Shown here: positions 25,400 to 38,900 of the stretch, piece by piece
Position numbering within the stretch: position 1 is the stretch's first letter
Layout: each line of letters opens with the position of its first letter
Assembly (NCBI RefSeq): GCF_009914755.1
Contig: NC_060933.1
Length of the DNA: 64,000 bases
DNA from: the human T2T-CHM13v2.0 reference genome, Homo sapiens
Reading direction: 5' to 3' (one strand)
Program-made: the position numbers and the translations under genes
The notes under the pieces: model-generated
Databases searched by the model: none
What the model was told of the DNA's origin: nothing
The model's input: only the letters and a program-made list of their open reading frames with translations

Positions 25400-28300
25400 C
25401 AATTCCATTGCATTCCATTCCATTCCATTCCATTCCATTCCGTTGCATTCCATTCCATTACATTCGGATTGATTCTATTCAACTCCCTTACTCTCCATTA
25501 CATTCCATTCCATTCGGGTTGTTCCATTCCATTCCATTCCATTCCACTCCATTCCATTGCACTCGGGTTGATTCCATTCCATTCCATTCCATTCCATTCC
25601 ATTCCATTCCATTCCGGATGATTCCATTCCATTGCATTCCGTTCCATTACATTCCCCTGCACTCGCGTTGATTCCATTCCATTCCATTCCATTCCATTCA
25701 ATTCCATTCCATTACAATTCGTTCCATTCCATTCTATTCCGTACCATTCCATTCCATTCCATACCATTCCATTCCATTCCATTCCATTCCATTCCGTTCC
25801 ATTCCATTCCATTCCATTCTATTCGGGTTAATTCCATTCCATTCCATTCCATTCCATTCCATTCTATTCCATTCCATTGCAATCGAGTTGAATCCATTTC
25901 ATTCCATTCCATTCCATTCCATTCCATTCCATTCCGGAAGATTCCATTCCATTGCATTCCACTCCATTCCATTCCCCTGCTCTCGCGTTGATTCCATTCC
26001 ATTCCATTCCATTCCATTCCATCCATTCCGTTCCGTTCCGTTCCATTCCATTCCATTCCATTCCATTCCATTCCATTCCATTCCGTTCCGTTCCATTCCA
26101 TTCCATTCCATTCCATTCCGGTTAATTCCATTCCATTCCATTCGATTGCAATCGAGTTGATTCCATTCCATTCCATTCCATTCCATTCCATTCCATTCCT
26201 TTCCATTCCATTACGGATGATTCCATTCCATTGCATTCCATTCCATTTCATTCCCCTGTACTCGGGTTGATTCCATTCCATTCCATTCCAATCCATGCCA
26301 TTCCACTCGTGTTGATTCCATACTTTCCATTCCATTCAAGTTGAATCCATTCCATTGCATTCCATTCCATTCGATTCCATTCGATTGCACTCGGGTTGAT
26401 TCCATTCCATTGCATTCCATTCCATTCCATTCCATTCCATTCCATTCCATTCCGTTCCATTCCATTCCATTACATTCGGATTGATTCTATTCAATTCCCT
26501 TACAGTCCATTACTTTCCATTCCATTCGGGTAGTTTCCATTCCATTCCATTCCATTCCCCTCCATTCCATTGCACTCGGGTTGATTCCATTCCATTGCAT
26601 TCCATTCCATTCCATTCATTTCCATTCCGTTCCATTCCATTCCATTACATTTGGATTGATTCTATTCAACTCCCTTACTCTCCATTACATTCCATTCCAT
26701 TCGGGTTGTTCCATTCCATTCCATTCCATTCCACTCCATTCCATTGCACTCGGGTTTATTCCATTCCATTCCATTCCATTCCATTCCATTCCATTCCATT
26801 CCGGAAGATTCCATTCCATTGCATTCCATTCCATTCCATTCCCCTGCACTCGCGTTGATTCCATTCCATTCCATTCCATTCCATTCCATTGCATTCCATT
26901 CCATTCCATTCCTTTCCGTTCCATTCCATTCCATTCCATTCCATTCCAATCCATTCCCTTCCGTTCCGTTCCATTCCATTCCATTCCATTCTATTCGGGT
27001 TAATTCCATTCCATTCCATTCGATTGCAATCGAGTTGATTCCATTCCATTCTATTCCATTCCATTCCATTCCATTCCATTCTTTTCCATTCCATTCCATT
27101 TCGGATGATTCCATTGCATTGCATTCCATTCAATTCCATTCCCCTGTACTCGGGTTGATTCCATTGCATTCCATTCCAATCCATGCCATTCCACTCGTGT
27201 TGATTCCATTCTTTCCATTCCATTCAAGTTGAATCCATTCCATTGCATTCCATTCCATTCCATTCCCCTGCAGTCGGGTTGATTCCATTCCATTCCATTC
27301 CATTCCATTCCATTCCATTCCATTCCATTCCGTTCCGTTCCATTCCATTCCATTCCATTCTATTCGGGTTAATTCCATTCTATTCCATTCCATTCCATTC
27401 CAATCGAGTTGATTCCATTCCATTCCATTCCATTCCATTCCACTCCATTCCATTCCACTCCATTCCAGTCCTTTCCATTCCATTCCACTCGGGTTGATTC
27501 CAATGTATTCCTTTCCATTCCATTCCATTCTATTGCAATCGAGTTGATTCCATTGCTTTGCATTCCATTCCATTCCATTCCATTCCGGATGATTCCATTC
27601 CATTGCATTCCATTCCATTCCACTCCCCTGCACTCGTGTTGTTTCCATTCCATTCCACTCCATTCCGTTCCATTCCATTACATTCCATTGTATTCGGGTT
27701 AATTCCATTCCATTCCATTCCATTCCATTCCATTACAATCGAGTTGATTCAATTCCATTCCATTCCATTCCAGTCCTTTCCATTCCATTCCACTCGGGTT
27801 GATTCCATTCTATTAGTTTCCATTCCATTCCATTCCCTTCCATTCCACTCTGGTTGATACCATTCCTTTCCATTCCACTCGAATACATTCCCTCCTATTC
27901 CACTCGGAACAATTCCATTCCATTCCATTCCATTCCATTCCATTCCATTCCATTCCATTCCATTCCATTTCGTTCCATTCCATTCTATTCCGTATCATTC
28001 CATTCCATTCCATTCCATTCCATTCCATTCCATTCCATTCCATTCCATTGTACTCAGGTTGATTCAATTCCATTGCATTCCATTCCATTCCATTCCATTC
28101 CATTCCATTCCATTCCGTTCTATTCCATTCCATTACATTCGGATTGATTCTATTCAACTCCCTTACTCTCCATTACATTCCATTCCATTCGGGTTGTTCC
28201 ATTCCATTCCATTCCATTCCACTCCATTCCATTGCACTCGGGTTGATTCCATTCCATTCCATTCCATTCCATTCCATTCCATTCCATTCCATTCCGGATG

Positions 28301-30335
28301 ATTCCATTCCATTGCATTCCGTTCCATTACATTCCCCTGCACTCGCGTTGATTCCATTCCATTCCATTCAATTCCGTTCCATTACAATTCGTTCCATTCC
28401 ATTCTATTCCGTACCATTCCATTCCTTTCCATACCATTCCATTCCATTCCATTCCGTTCCATTCCGTTCCATTCCATTCCATTCCATTCTACTCGGATTA
28501 ATTCCATTCCATTCCATTCCATTCGATTCCATTCCATTCTATTCCATTCCATTGCCATCGAGTTCAATCCATTGCATTCCATTCCATTCCATTCCATTCC
28601 ATTCCATTCCATTCCGGAAGATTCCATTCCATTTCATTCCATTCCATTCCATTCCCCTGCACTCGCGTTGATTCCATTCCATTCCATTCCATTCCATTCC
28701 GTTCCGTTCCATTCCATTCCATTCCATTCCATTCCATTCCGTTCCGTTCCATTCCATTCCATTCCATTCTATTCGGGTTAATTCCATTCCATTCCATTCG
28801 ATTGCAATCGAGTTGATTCCATTCCATTCTATTCCATTCCATTCCATTACATTCCATTCCTTTCCATTCCATTACGGATGATTCCATTCCATTGCATTCC
28901 ATTCCATTCCATTCCCCTGTACTCGGGTTGATTCCATTGCATTCCATTCCAATCCATGCCATTCCACTCGTGTTGATTCCATTCTTTCCATTCCATTCAA
29001 GTTGAATCCATTCCATTGCATTCCATTCCATTCGATTCCATTCGATTGCACTCGGGTTGATTCCATTCCATTGCATTCCATTCCATTCCATTCCATTCCA
29101 TTCCATTCCATTCCATTCCGTTCCATTCCATTCCATTACATTCGGATTGATTCTATTCAATTCCCTTACACTCCATTACATTCCATTCCATTCGGGTAGT
29201 TTCCATTCCATTCCATTCCATTCCTCTCCATTCCATTGCACTCGGGTTGATTCCATTCCATTGCATTCCATTCCATTCCATTCAATTCCATTCCGTTCCA
29301 TTCCATTCCATTACATTCGGATTCATTCTATTCAACTCCCTTACTCTCCATTACATTCCATTCCATTCGGGTTGTTCCATTCTATTCCATTCCATTCCAC
29401 TCCATTCAATTGCACTCGGGTTTATTCCATTCCATTCCATTCCATTCCATTCCTTAAGATTCCATTCCATTGCATTCCATTCCATTCCATTCCCCTGCAC
29501 TCGCGTTGATTCCATTCCATTCCATTCCATTCCATTCCATTGCATTCCATTCCATTCCATTCCTTTCCGTTCCATTCCATTCCATTCCATTCCATTCCAT
29601 TCCATTCCAATCCATTCCATTCCGTTCCGTTCCGTTCCATTCCATTCCATTCCATTCTATTCGGGTTAATTCCATTCCATTCCATTCGATTGCAATCGAG
29701 TTGATTCCATTCCATTCTATTCCATTCCATTCCATTCCATTCCATTCCTTTCCATTCCATTCCATTTCGGATGATTCCATTCCATTGCATTCCATTCAAT
29801 TCCATTCCCCTGTACTCGGGTTGATTCCATTGCATTCCATTCCAATCCATGCCATTCCACTCGTGTTGATTCCATTCTTTCCATTCCATTCAAGTTGAAT
29901 CCATTCCATTGCATTCCATTCCATTCCATTCCCCTGCAGTCGGGTTGATTCCATTCCATTCCATTCCATTCCATTCCATTCCATTCCATTCCATTCCGTT
30001 CCGTTCCATTCCATTCCATTCCATTCTATTCGGGTTAATTCCATTCCATTCCATTCCATTCCATTCCAATCGAGTTGATTCCATTCCATTCCATTCCATT
30101 CCATTCCACTCCATTCCATTCCACTCCATTCCAGTCCTTTCCATTCCATTCCACTCGGGTTGATTCCAATGTATTCCTTTCCATTCCATTCCATTCCATT
30201 GCAATCGAGTTGATTCCATTGCTTTGCATTCCATTCCATTCCATTCCATTCCGGATGATTCCATTCCATTGCATTCCATTCCATTCCACTCCCCTGCACT
30301 CGTGTTGTTTCCATTCCATTCCACTCCATTCCATT
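25400..30335 (-). repeat. Tandem duplication, period ~2.67 kb (~1.85 copies)
   Basis: ORF pairs 26756/29422 and 27051/29717 are offset by 2666. Private words CCATTTCGGATGA and CACTCCCCTGCACTCGTGTTGTTTCC occur twice. Confidence 0.8.
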
Positions 30336-32929
30336 GCAATCGAGTTGAATCCATTGCATTCCATTCCATTCCATTCCATTCCATTCCATTCCATTCCATT
30401 CCGGAAGATTCCATTCCATTGCATTCCATTCCATTCCATTCCATTCCATTCCATTCCATTCCATTGTACTCGGGTTGATTCCATTCCATTGCATTCCATT
30501 CCATTCCATTCCATTCCATTCCATTCCCTTCCATTCCATTCCATTCCATTCCATTCCATTCCTTTCCATTCCATTACGGATGATTCCATTCCATTGCATT
30601 CCATTCCATTCCCCTGTACTCGGGTTGATTCCATTCCATTCCATTGCAATCCATGCCATTCCACTCGTGTTTATTCCATTCTTTCCATTCCATTAAAGTT
30701 GAATCCATTCCATTGCATTCCATTCCATTCGATTCCATTCGATTGCACTCGGGTTGATTCCATTCCATTGCATTCCATTCCATTACATTTCATTCCATTC
30801 CTTTCCATTCCAATCCATTCCATTCCATTCCATTCCACTCGAGTTGATTTCATTCCATTCCTTTCCATTCCATTCCATTCCTTTCCACTCGAGTTGATTC
30901 CATTCCATTCCATTCCATTGCATTCCATTCCATGCCGTTCCACTCGGGTTGATTCCATTCCATTCCATTCCATTCCATTCCATTGTACTCTGGTTGATTG
31001 CATTCCATTCCATTCCATTCCATTCCATTCCGTTGCATTCCATTCCATTACATTCGGATTGATTCTATTCAACTCCCTTACTCTCCATTACATTCCATTC
31101 CATTCGGGTTGTTCCATTCCATTCCATTCCATTCCACTCCATTCTATTGCACTCGGGTTGATTCCATTCCATTCCATTCAATTCCATTCCATTCCGGATG
31201 ATTCCATTCCATTGCATTCCATTCCATTACATTCCCCTGCACTCACGTTGATTCCATTCCATTCCATTCCATTCCATTCAATTCCATTCCATTACAATTC
31301 GTTCCATTCCATTCTATTCCGTACCATTCCATTCCATTCCATACCATTCCATTGCATTCCATTCCATTCCATTCCGTTCCATTCCGTTCCATTCCATTCT
31401 ATTCGGGTTAATTCCATTCCATTCCATTCCATTCCATTCTATTCCATTCCATTGCAATCGAGTTGAATCCATTGCATTTCATTCCATTCCATTCCATTCC
31501 ATTCTATTCCGGAAGATTCCATTCCATTGCAATCCATTCCATTCCATTCCCGTGCACTCGCGTTGATTCCATTCCATTCCATTCCATTCCATTCCATTCC
31601 ATTCCATTCCATTCCGTTCCGTTCCGTTCCGTTCCGTTCCATTCCATTCCATTCCATTCCATTCCATTCCGTTCCGTTCCATTCCATTCCATTCCATTCT
31701 ATTCGGTTTAATTCCATTCCATTCCATTCGATTGCAATCGAGTTGATTCCATTCCATTCCATTCCATTCCATTCCTTTCCATTCCATTACGGATTATTCC
31801 ATTCCATTGCATTCCATTCCATTCCATTCCCCTGTACTCGGGTTGATTCCATTCCATTCCATTCCAATCCATGCCATTCCACTCGTGTTGATTCCATTCT
31901 TTCCATTCAATTCAAGTTGAATCCATTCCATTGCATTCCATTCCATTCGATTCCATTCGACTGCACTCGGGTTGATTCCATTCCATTGCATTCCATTCCA
32001 TTCCATTCCATTCCATTCCATTCCCTTCCATTACATTCGGATTGATTCTATTCAATTCCCTTACACTCCAATACATTCCATTTCACTCGGGTAGTTTCCA
32101 TTCCATTCCATTCCTCTCCATTCCATTGCACTCGGGTTGATTCCATTCCATTGCATTCCATTCCATTCCATTCAATTCCATTCCGTTCCATTCCATTCCA
32201 TTACATTCGGATTGATTCTATTCAACTCCCTTACTCTCCATTACATTCCATTCCATTCGGGTTGTTCCATTCCATTCCATTCCATTCAACTCCATTCCAT
32301 TGCACTCGGGTTTATTCCATTCAATTCCATTCCATTCCATTCCATTCCATTCCATTCCATTCCATTCCTTTCCGTTCCATTCCATTCCATTCCATTCCTT
32401 TCCATTCCATTCCATTCCATTCCCCTGCACTCGCGTTGATTCCATTCCATTCCATTCCATTCCATTCCATTCCATTCCATTCCGTTCCGTTCCGTTCCGT
32501 TCCGTTCCATTCCATTCCATTCCATTCCATTCCGTTCCGTTCCGTTCCATTCCATTCCATTCCATTCTATTCGATTTAATTCCATTCCATTCCATGCGAT
32601 TGCAATCGAGTTGATTCCATTCCATTCCATTCCATTCCTTTCCATTCCATTACGGATGATTCCATTCAATTGCATTCCATTCCATTCCTTTCCCCTGTAC
32701 TCGGGTTGATTCCATTCCATTCCATTCCAATCCATGCCATTCCACTCGTGTTGATTCCATTCTTTCCATTCCATTCAAGTTGAAAACATTCCATTGCTTT
32801 CCATTCCATTCCATTCCCCTGCAGTCGGGTTCATTCCATTCCATTGCATTCCATTCCATTCCATTTCATTCCGTTCCGTTCCGTTCCGTTCCATTCCATT
32901 CCATTCCATTCTATTCGGGTTAATTCCAT

Positions 32930-35900
32930 TCCATTCCATTCCATTCCAATCGAGTTGATTCTATTCCATTCCATTCCATTCCATTCCAGTCCATTCCAGT
33001 CCTTTCCATTCCATTCCACTCGGGTTGATTCCAATGTATTCCTTTCCATTCCATTCCATTCCATTGCAATCGAGTTGATTCCATTGCTTTGCATTCCATT
33101 CCATTCCATTCCATTCCGGATGATTCCATTCCATTGCATTCCATTCCATTCCATTCCCCTGCACTCGGGTTGATTCCATTCCATTCCACTCCATTCCGTT
33201 CCATTCCATTCCATTCCATTGTATTCGGGTTAATTCCATTCCATTCCAGTCCATTCCATTCCATTCCATTCCATTACAATCGAGTTGATTCCATTCCATT
33301 CCATTGCATTCCATTCCAGTCTTTTCCATTCCATTCCACTCGGGTTGATTCCATTCTATTAGTTTCCATTCCATTCCATTCCCTTCCATTCCACTCTGCT
33401 GATTCCATTCCTTTCCATTCCACTCGAATACATTCCCTCCTATTCCACTCGGAACGATTCCATTCCATTCCATTCCATTCCATTCCATTCCATTCCATTC
33501 CATTTCGTTCCTTTCCATTCTATTCCGTATCATTCCATTCCATTCCATTCCATTCCATTCCATTCCATTCCATTCCACTCGTGTTGATTCCATTCCTTTC
33601 CATTCCATTAGGTTTGAAGGCATTCCATTCCATTCCATTCCATTCCATTCCATTCCATTGTACTCGGGTTGATTGCATTCCAATGCATTCCATTCCATTC
33701 CATTCCGGATGATTCCATTCCATTGCATTCCATTCCATTCCATTCCCCTGCACTCGGGTTGATTCCATTCCATTCCATTCCATTACATTCCGTTCCATTC
33801 CATTGCATTCCATTCGGATTGATTCTATTCAATTCCCTTACACTCCATTACATTCCATTCCATTCGGGTAGTTTCCATTCCATTCCATTCCATTCCTCTC
33901 CATTCCATTGCACTCGGGTTGATACCATTCCATTCCATTCCATTACATTCCATTCCATTCCATTCTTTCCATTCCGTTCCATTTTACTCGGGTTGATTCC
34001 ATTCCATTGCATTCCATTCCATTCCATTCCATTCCATTCCGTTCCATTCCATTCCGTTCCATTCCATTACATTCGGATTGATTCTATTCAACTCCCTTAC
34101 TCTCCATTACATTCCATTCCATTCGGGTTGTTCCATTCCATTCCATTCCATTCCACTCCATTCCATTGCACTCGGGTTGATTCCATTCCATTCCATTCCA
34201 TTCCATTCCATTCCATTCCATTCCATTCCGGATGATTCCATTCCATTGCATTCCGTTCCATTACATTCCCCTGCACTCGGGTTGATTCCATTCCATTCCA
34301 TTCCTTTCCATTCGATTCCATTCCATTCCAATTCATTCCATTCCATTCTATTCCGTACCATTCCATTCCATTCCATACAATTCCATTCCATTCCATTCCA
34401 CTCCGTTCCGTTCCGTTCAGTTCCGTTCCATTCCGTTCCATTCCATTCCATTCCATTCTATTCGGTTTAATTCCATTCCATTCCATTCCATTCTATTCCA
34501 TTCCATTGCAATCGAGTTGAATCCATTGCATTCCATTCCATTCCATTCCTTTCCATTCTATTATACTCGGGTTGATTCCATTCCATTGCATTCCATTCCA
34601 TTCCATTCCATTCCATTCCGTTCCATTCCATTCCATTACATTTGGATTGATTCTTTTCAACTCCCTTACTCTCCATTACATTCCATTCCATTCGGGTTGT
34701 TCCATTCCATTCCATTCCATTCCACTCCATTCCATTGCACTCGGGTTGATTCCATTCCATTCCATTCCATTCCATTCCATTCGGGATGATTCCTTTCCAT
34801 AGCATTCCGTTCCATTACATTCCCCTGCACTCGGGTTGATTCCATTACATTCCATTCCATTCCATTCGATTCCATTCCATTCTCCTGCACTCGCGTTGAT
34901 TCCATTCCATTCCATTCCATTCCGTTCCATTCCATTCCATTCCATTCTATTCGGGTTAATTCCATTCCATTCCATTCCATTCCAATCGATTTGATTCCAT
35001 TCCATTCCATTCCATTCCATTCCATTCCACTCCATTCCAGTCCTTTCCATTCCATTACACTCGGGTTGACTCCATTCTATTCCTTTCCATTCCATTCCAT
35101 TCCATTGCAATCGAGTTGATTCCATTGCTTTGCATTCCATTCCATTCCATTCCATTCCGGATGATTCCATTCCGTTGCATTCCATTCCATTCCATTCCCA
35201 TGCACTCGGGTTGATTCCATTCCATTCCACTCCATTCCGTTCCATTCCATTCCATTCCATTGTATTCGGGTTAATTCCATTCCAGTCCAGTCCATTCCAT
35301 TCCATTCCATTCCATTACAATCGAGTTGATTCCATTCCATTCCATTCCATTCCATTCCAGTCCTTTCCATTCCATTCCACTCGGGTTGATTCCTTTCTAT
35401 TAGTTTCCATTCCATTCCATTCCCTTCCATTCCACTCTGCTGATTCCATTCCTTTCCATTCCACTCGAATACATTCCCTCCTATTCCACTCGGAACGATT
35501 CCATTCCATTCCATTCCATTCCATTCCATTCCATTCCATTTCGTTCCATTCCATTCTATTCCGTATCATTCCATTCCATTCCATTCCATTCCATTCCAGT
35601 CCATTCCACTCCATTCCATTCCATTCCATTCCACTCGTGTTGATTCCATTCCTTTCCATTCCATTAGGTTTGAAGGCATTCCATTCCATTCCATTCCATT
35701 CCATTCCATTCCATTCCATTCCATTGTACTCGGGTTGATTCCATTCCATTGCATTCCATTCCATTCCATTCCGGATGACTCCATTCCATTGCATTCCATT
35801 CCTTTCCATTCCCCTGCACTCGGGTTGATTCCATTCCATTCCATTCCATTACACTCCGTTCCATTCCATTCCATTCCATTCGGATTGATTCTATTCAATT

Positions 35901-35990
35901 CCCTTACACTCCATTACATTCCATTCCATTCGGGTAGTTTCCATTCCATTCCATTCCATTCCTCTCCATTCCATTGCACTCGGGTTGATT
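32930..35990 (-). repeat. Older tandem duplication, period ~2.04-2.06 kb (partial second copy)
   Basis: Rare words CACTCTGCTGATT (~33392/~35433) and CATTAGGTTTGAAGG (~33606/~35662). ORFs 33089 and 35130 are near-identical. Confidence 0.7.
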
Positions 35991-38900
35991 CCATTCCATT
36001 CCATTCCATTCCATTCCATTCCGGATGATTCCATTCCATTGCATTCCATTCCATTCCATTCCCCTGCACTCGGGTTGATTCCATTCGATTCCATTGCATT
36101 ACATTCCGTTCCATTCCGTTCCATTTCATTCTATTCTATTCAATGTATTCCATACATTCCCCTGCACTCGCGTTGATTCCATTCCATTCCATTCCATTCC
36201 ATTGAATTCCATTCCATTACAATTCCTTCCATTCCATTCTATTCCGTACCATTCCATTCCATTCCATACCATTCCATTGCATTCCATTCCATTCCATTCC
36301 ATTCCATTCCATTCCACTCCATTCCAGTCCTTTCCATTCCATTCCAATCAGGTTGATTCCATCCTATTCCTTTCCATTCCATTCCTTTCCATTGCAATCG
36401 AGTTGATTGCATTGCTTTGCATTCCATTCCATTCCATTCCATTCCGGACGATTCCATTCCATTGCGTTCCATTCCATTCCATTCCCCTGCACTCGTGTTG
36501 AATCCATTCCATTCCACTCCATTCCGTTCCATTCCATTCCATTCCATTACATTCCATTGTATTCGGGTTAATTCCATTCCATTCCATTCCATTCCATTCC
36601 ATTCCATTCCATTCCATTCCATTACAATCGAGTTGATTCCATTCCATTCCATTCCATTCCATTCCAGTCCTTTCCATTCCATTCCACTCGGGTTGATTCC
36701 AATCTATTAGTTTCCATTCCATTCCATTCCCTTCCATTCCACTCTGGTTGATTCCATTCCTTTCCATTCCACTCGAATACATTCCCTCCTATTCCACTCC
36801 GAACGATTCCATTCCATTCCATTCCATTCCATTCCATTCTGTTCCATTCCATTCCATTACATTCGGATTGATACTATTCAATTCCCTTACACTCCATTAC
36901 ATTCCATTCCATTCGGGTAGTTTCCATTCCATTCCATTCCATTCCTCTCCATTCCATTGCACTCGGGTTGATTCCACTCCATTGCATTCCATTCCATTCC
37001 ATTCAATTCCATTCCGTTCCATTCCATTCCATTACATTCGGATTGATTATATTCAACTCCCTTACTCTCCATTACATTCCATTCCATTCGGGTTGTTCCA
37101 TTCCATTCCATTCCATTCCACTCCATTCCATTGCACTCGGGTTGATTCCATTCCATTCCATTCCATTCCATTCCATTCCATTCCATTCCATTCCGGATGA
37201 TTCCATTCCATTACATTCCGTTCCATTACATTCCCTTGCACTCGGGTTGATTCCATTCCATTCCATTCCATTCCATTCGATTCCATTCCATTCCAATTCT
37301 TTCCATTCCATTCTATTCCGTACCATTCCATTCCATTCCATACAATTCCATTCCATTCCATTCCATTCCGTTCCGTTCCGTTCCGTTCCGTTCCGTTCCG
37401 TTCCATTCCATTCCATTCCATTCTATTCGGGTTAATTCCATTCCATTCCATTCCATTCCATTCTATTCCATTCCATTGTAATCGAGTTGAATCCATTGCA
37501 TTCCATTCCATTCCATTCCGGAAGATTCCATTGCATTGCATTCCATTCCATTCCATTCCCCTGCACTCGTGTTGATTCCATTCCATTCCATTCCATTCCA
37601 TTCCATTCCGAACCGTTCCATTCCATTCCATTCCATTCCATTCCATTCCGTTCCGTTCCGTTCCATTCCATTCCATTCCATTCCATTCTATGAGGGTTAA
37701 TTCCATTCCATTCCATTCGATTGCAATCGAGTTGATTCCATTCCATTCCATTCCATTCCATTCCATTCCATTCCATTCCATTCCTTTCCATTACATTACG
37801 TATGATTCCATTCCATTTCATTCCATTCCATTCCATTCCCCTGTACTCGGGTTGATTCCATTCCATTCCATTCCAATCCATGCCATTCCACTCGTGTTGA
37901 TTCCATACTTTCCATTCCATTCAAGTTGAATCCATTCCATTGCATTCCATTCCATTCGATTCCATTCGATTGCACTCGGGTTGATTCCGTGGCTTTGCAT
38001 TCCATTCCATTCCATTCCATTCCCCTGCACTTGGGTTGATTCCATTCCATTCCATTCCATTCCTTTCTGTTCCATTCCATTCCATTCCATTCCATTCTAT
38101 TCGTGTTAATTCCATTCCATTCTATTCCATTCCATTCCATTGAAATCGAGTTGATTCCATTCCATTCCATTCCATTCCATTCCATTCCATTCCATTCCAT
38201 TCCGGATGATTCCATTGCATTGCATTCCATTCCATTCCATTCCCCTGCACTCGGGTTGATTCCATTCGATTCCATTGCATTACATTCCGTTCCATTCCGT
38301 TCCATTTCATTCTATTCGGGTTAATTCCATTCCATTGCATTCCACTCCATTCCAGTCCTTTCCATTCCATTCCACTCGGGTTCATTCCATTCTATTCCTT
38401 TCCATTCCATTCCATTCCATTGCAATCCAGTTGATTCCATTCGAGTTGAATCCATTCCATTCCATTCCATTCCATTGCACACGGGTTCATTCCATTCCAT
38501 TCCATTCCATTCCATTCCATTCCATTTCATTCCATTCCATTCTATTCCGTACCATTCCATTCCATCCGATTCCATTCCGTTCCATTCCATGCCATTACAC
38601 TCGGGTTGATTCCATTCCTTTCCATTCCATTCTTGTTGAATCCATTCCATTCCATTCCATTCCATTCGAATCCATTCCATTGCACTCGGGTTGATTCCAT
38701 TCCATTCCATTCCATTCCATTTCATTCCATTCCATTCCATTACATTCGGATTGATTCTATTCAATTCCCTTACACTCCGTTACATTCCATTCCATTCGGG
38801 ATGTTTCCATTCCATTCCATTCCATTCCACTCCATTCCATTGCATCAGGTTGATGGCATTCCATTCCATTCCATTCCATTCCGGATGATTCCATTCCATT

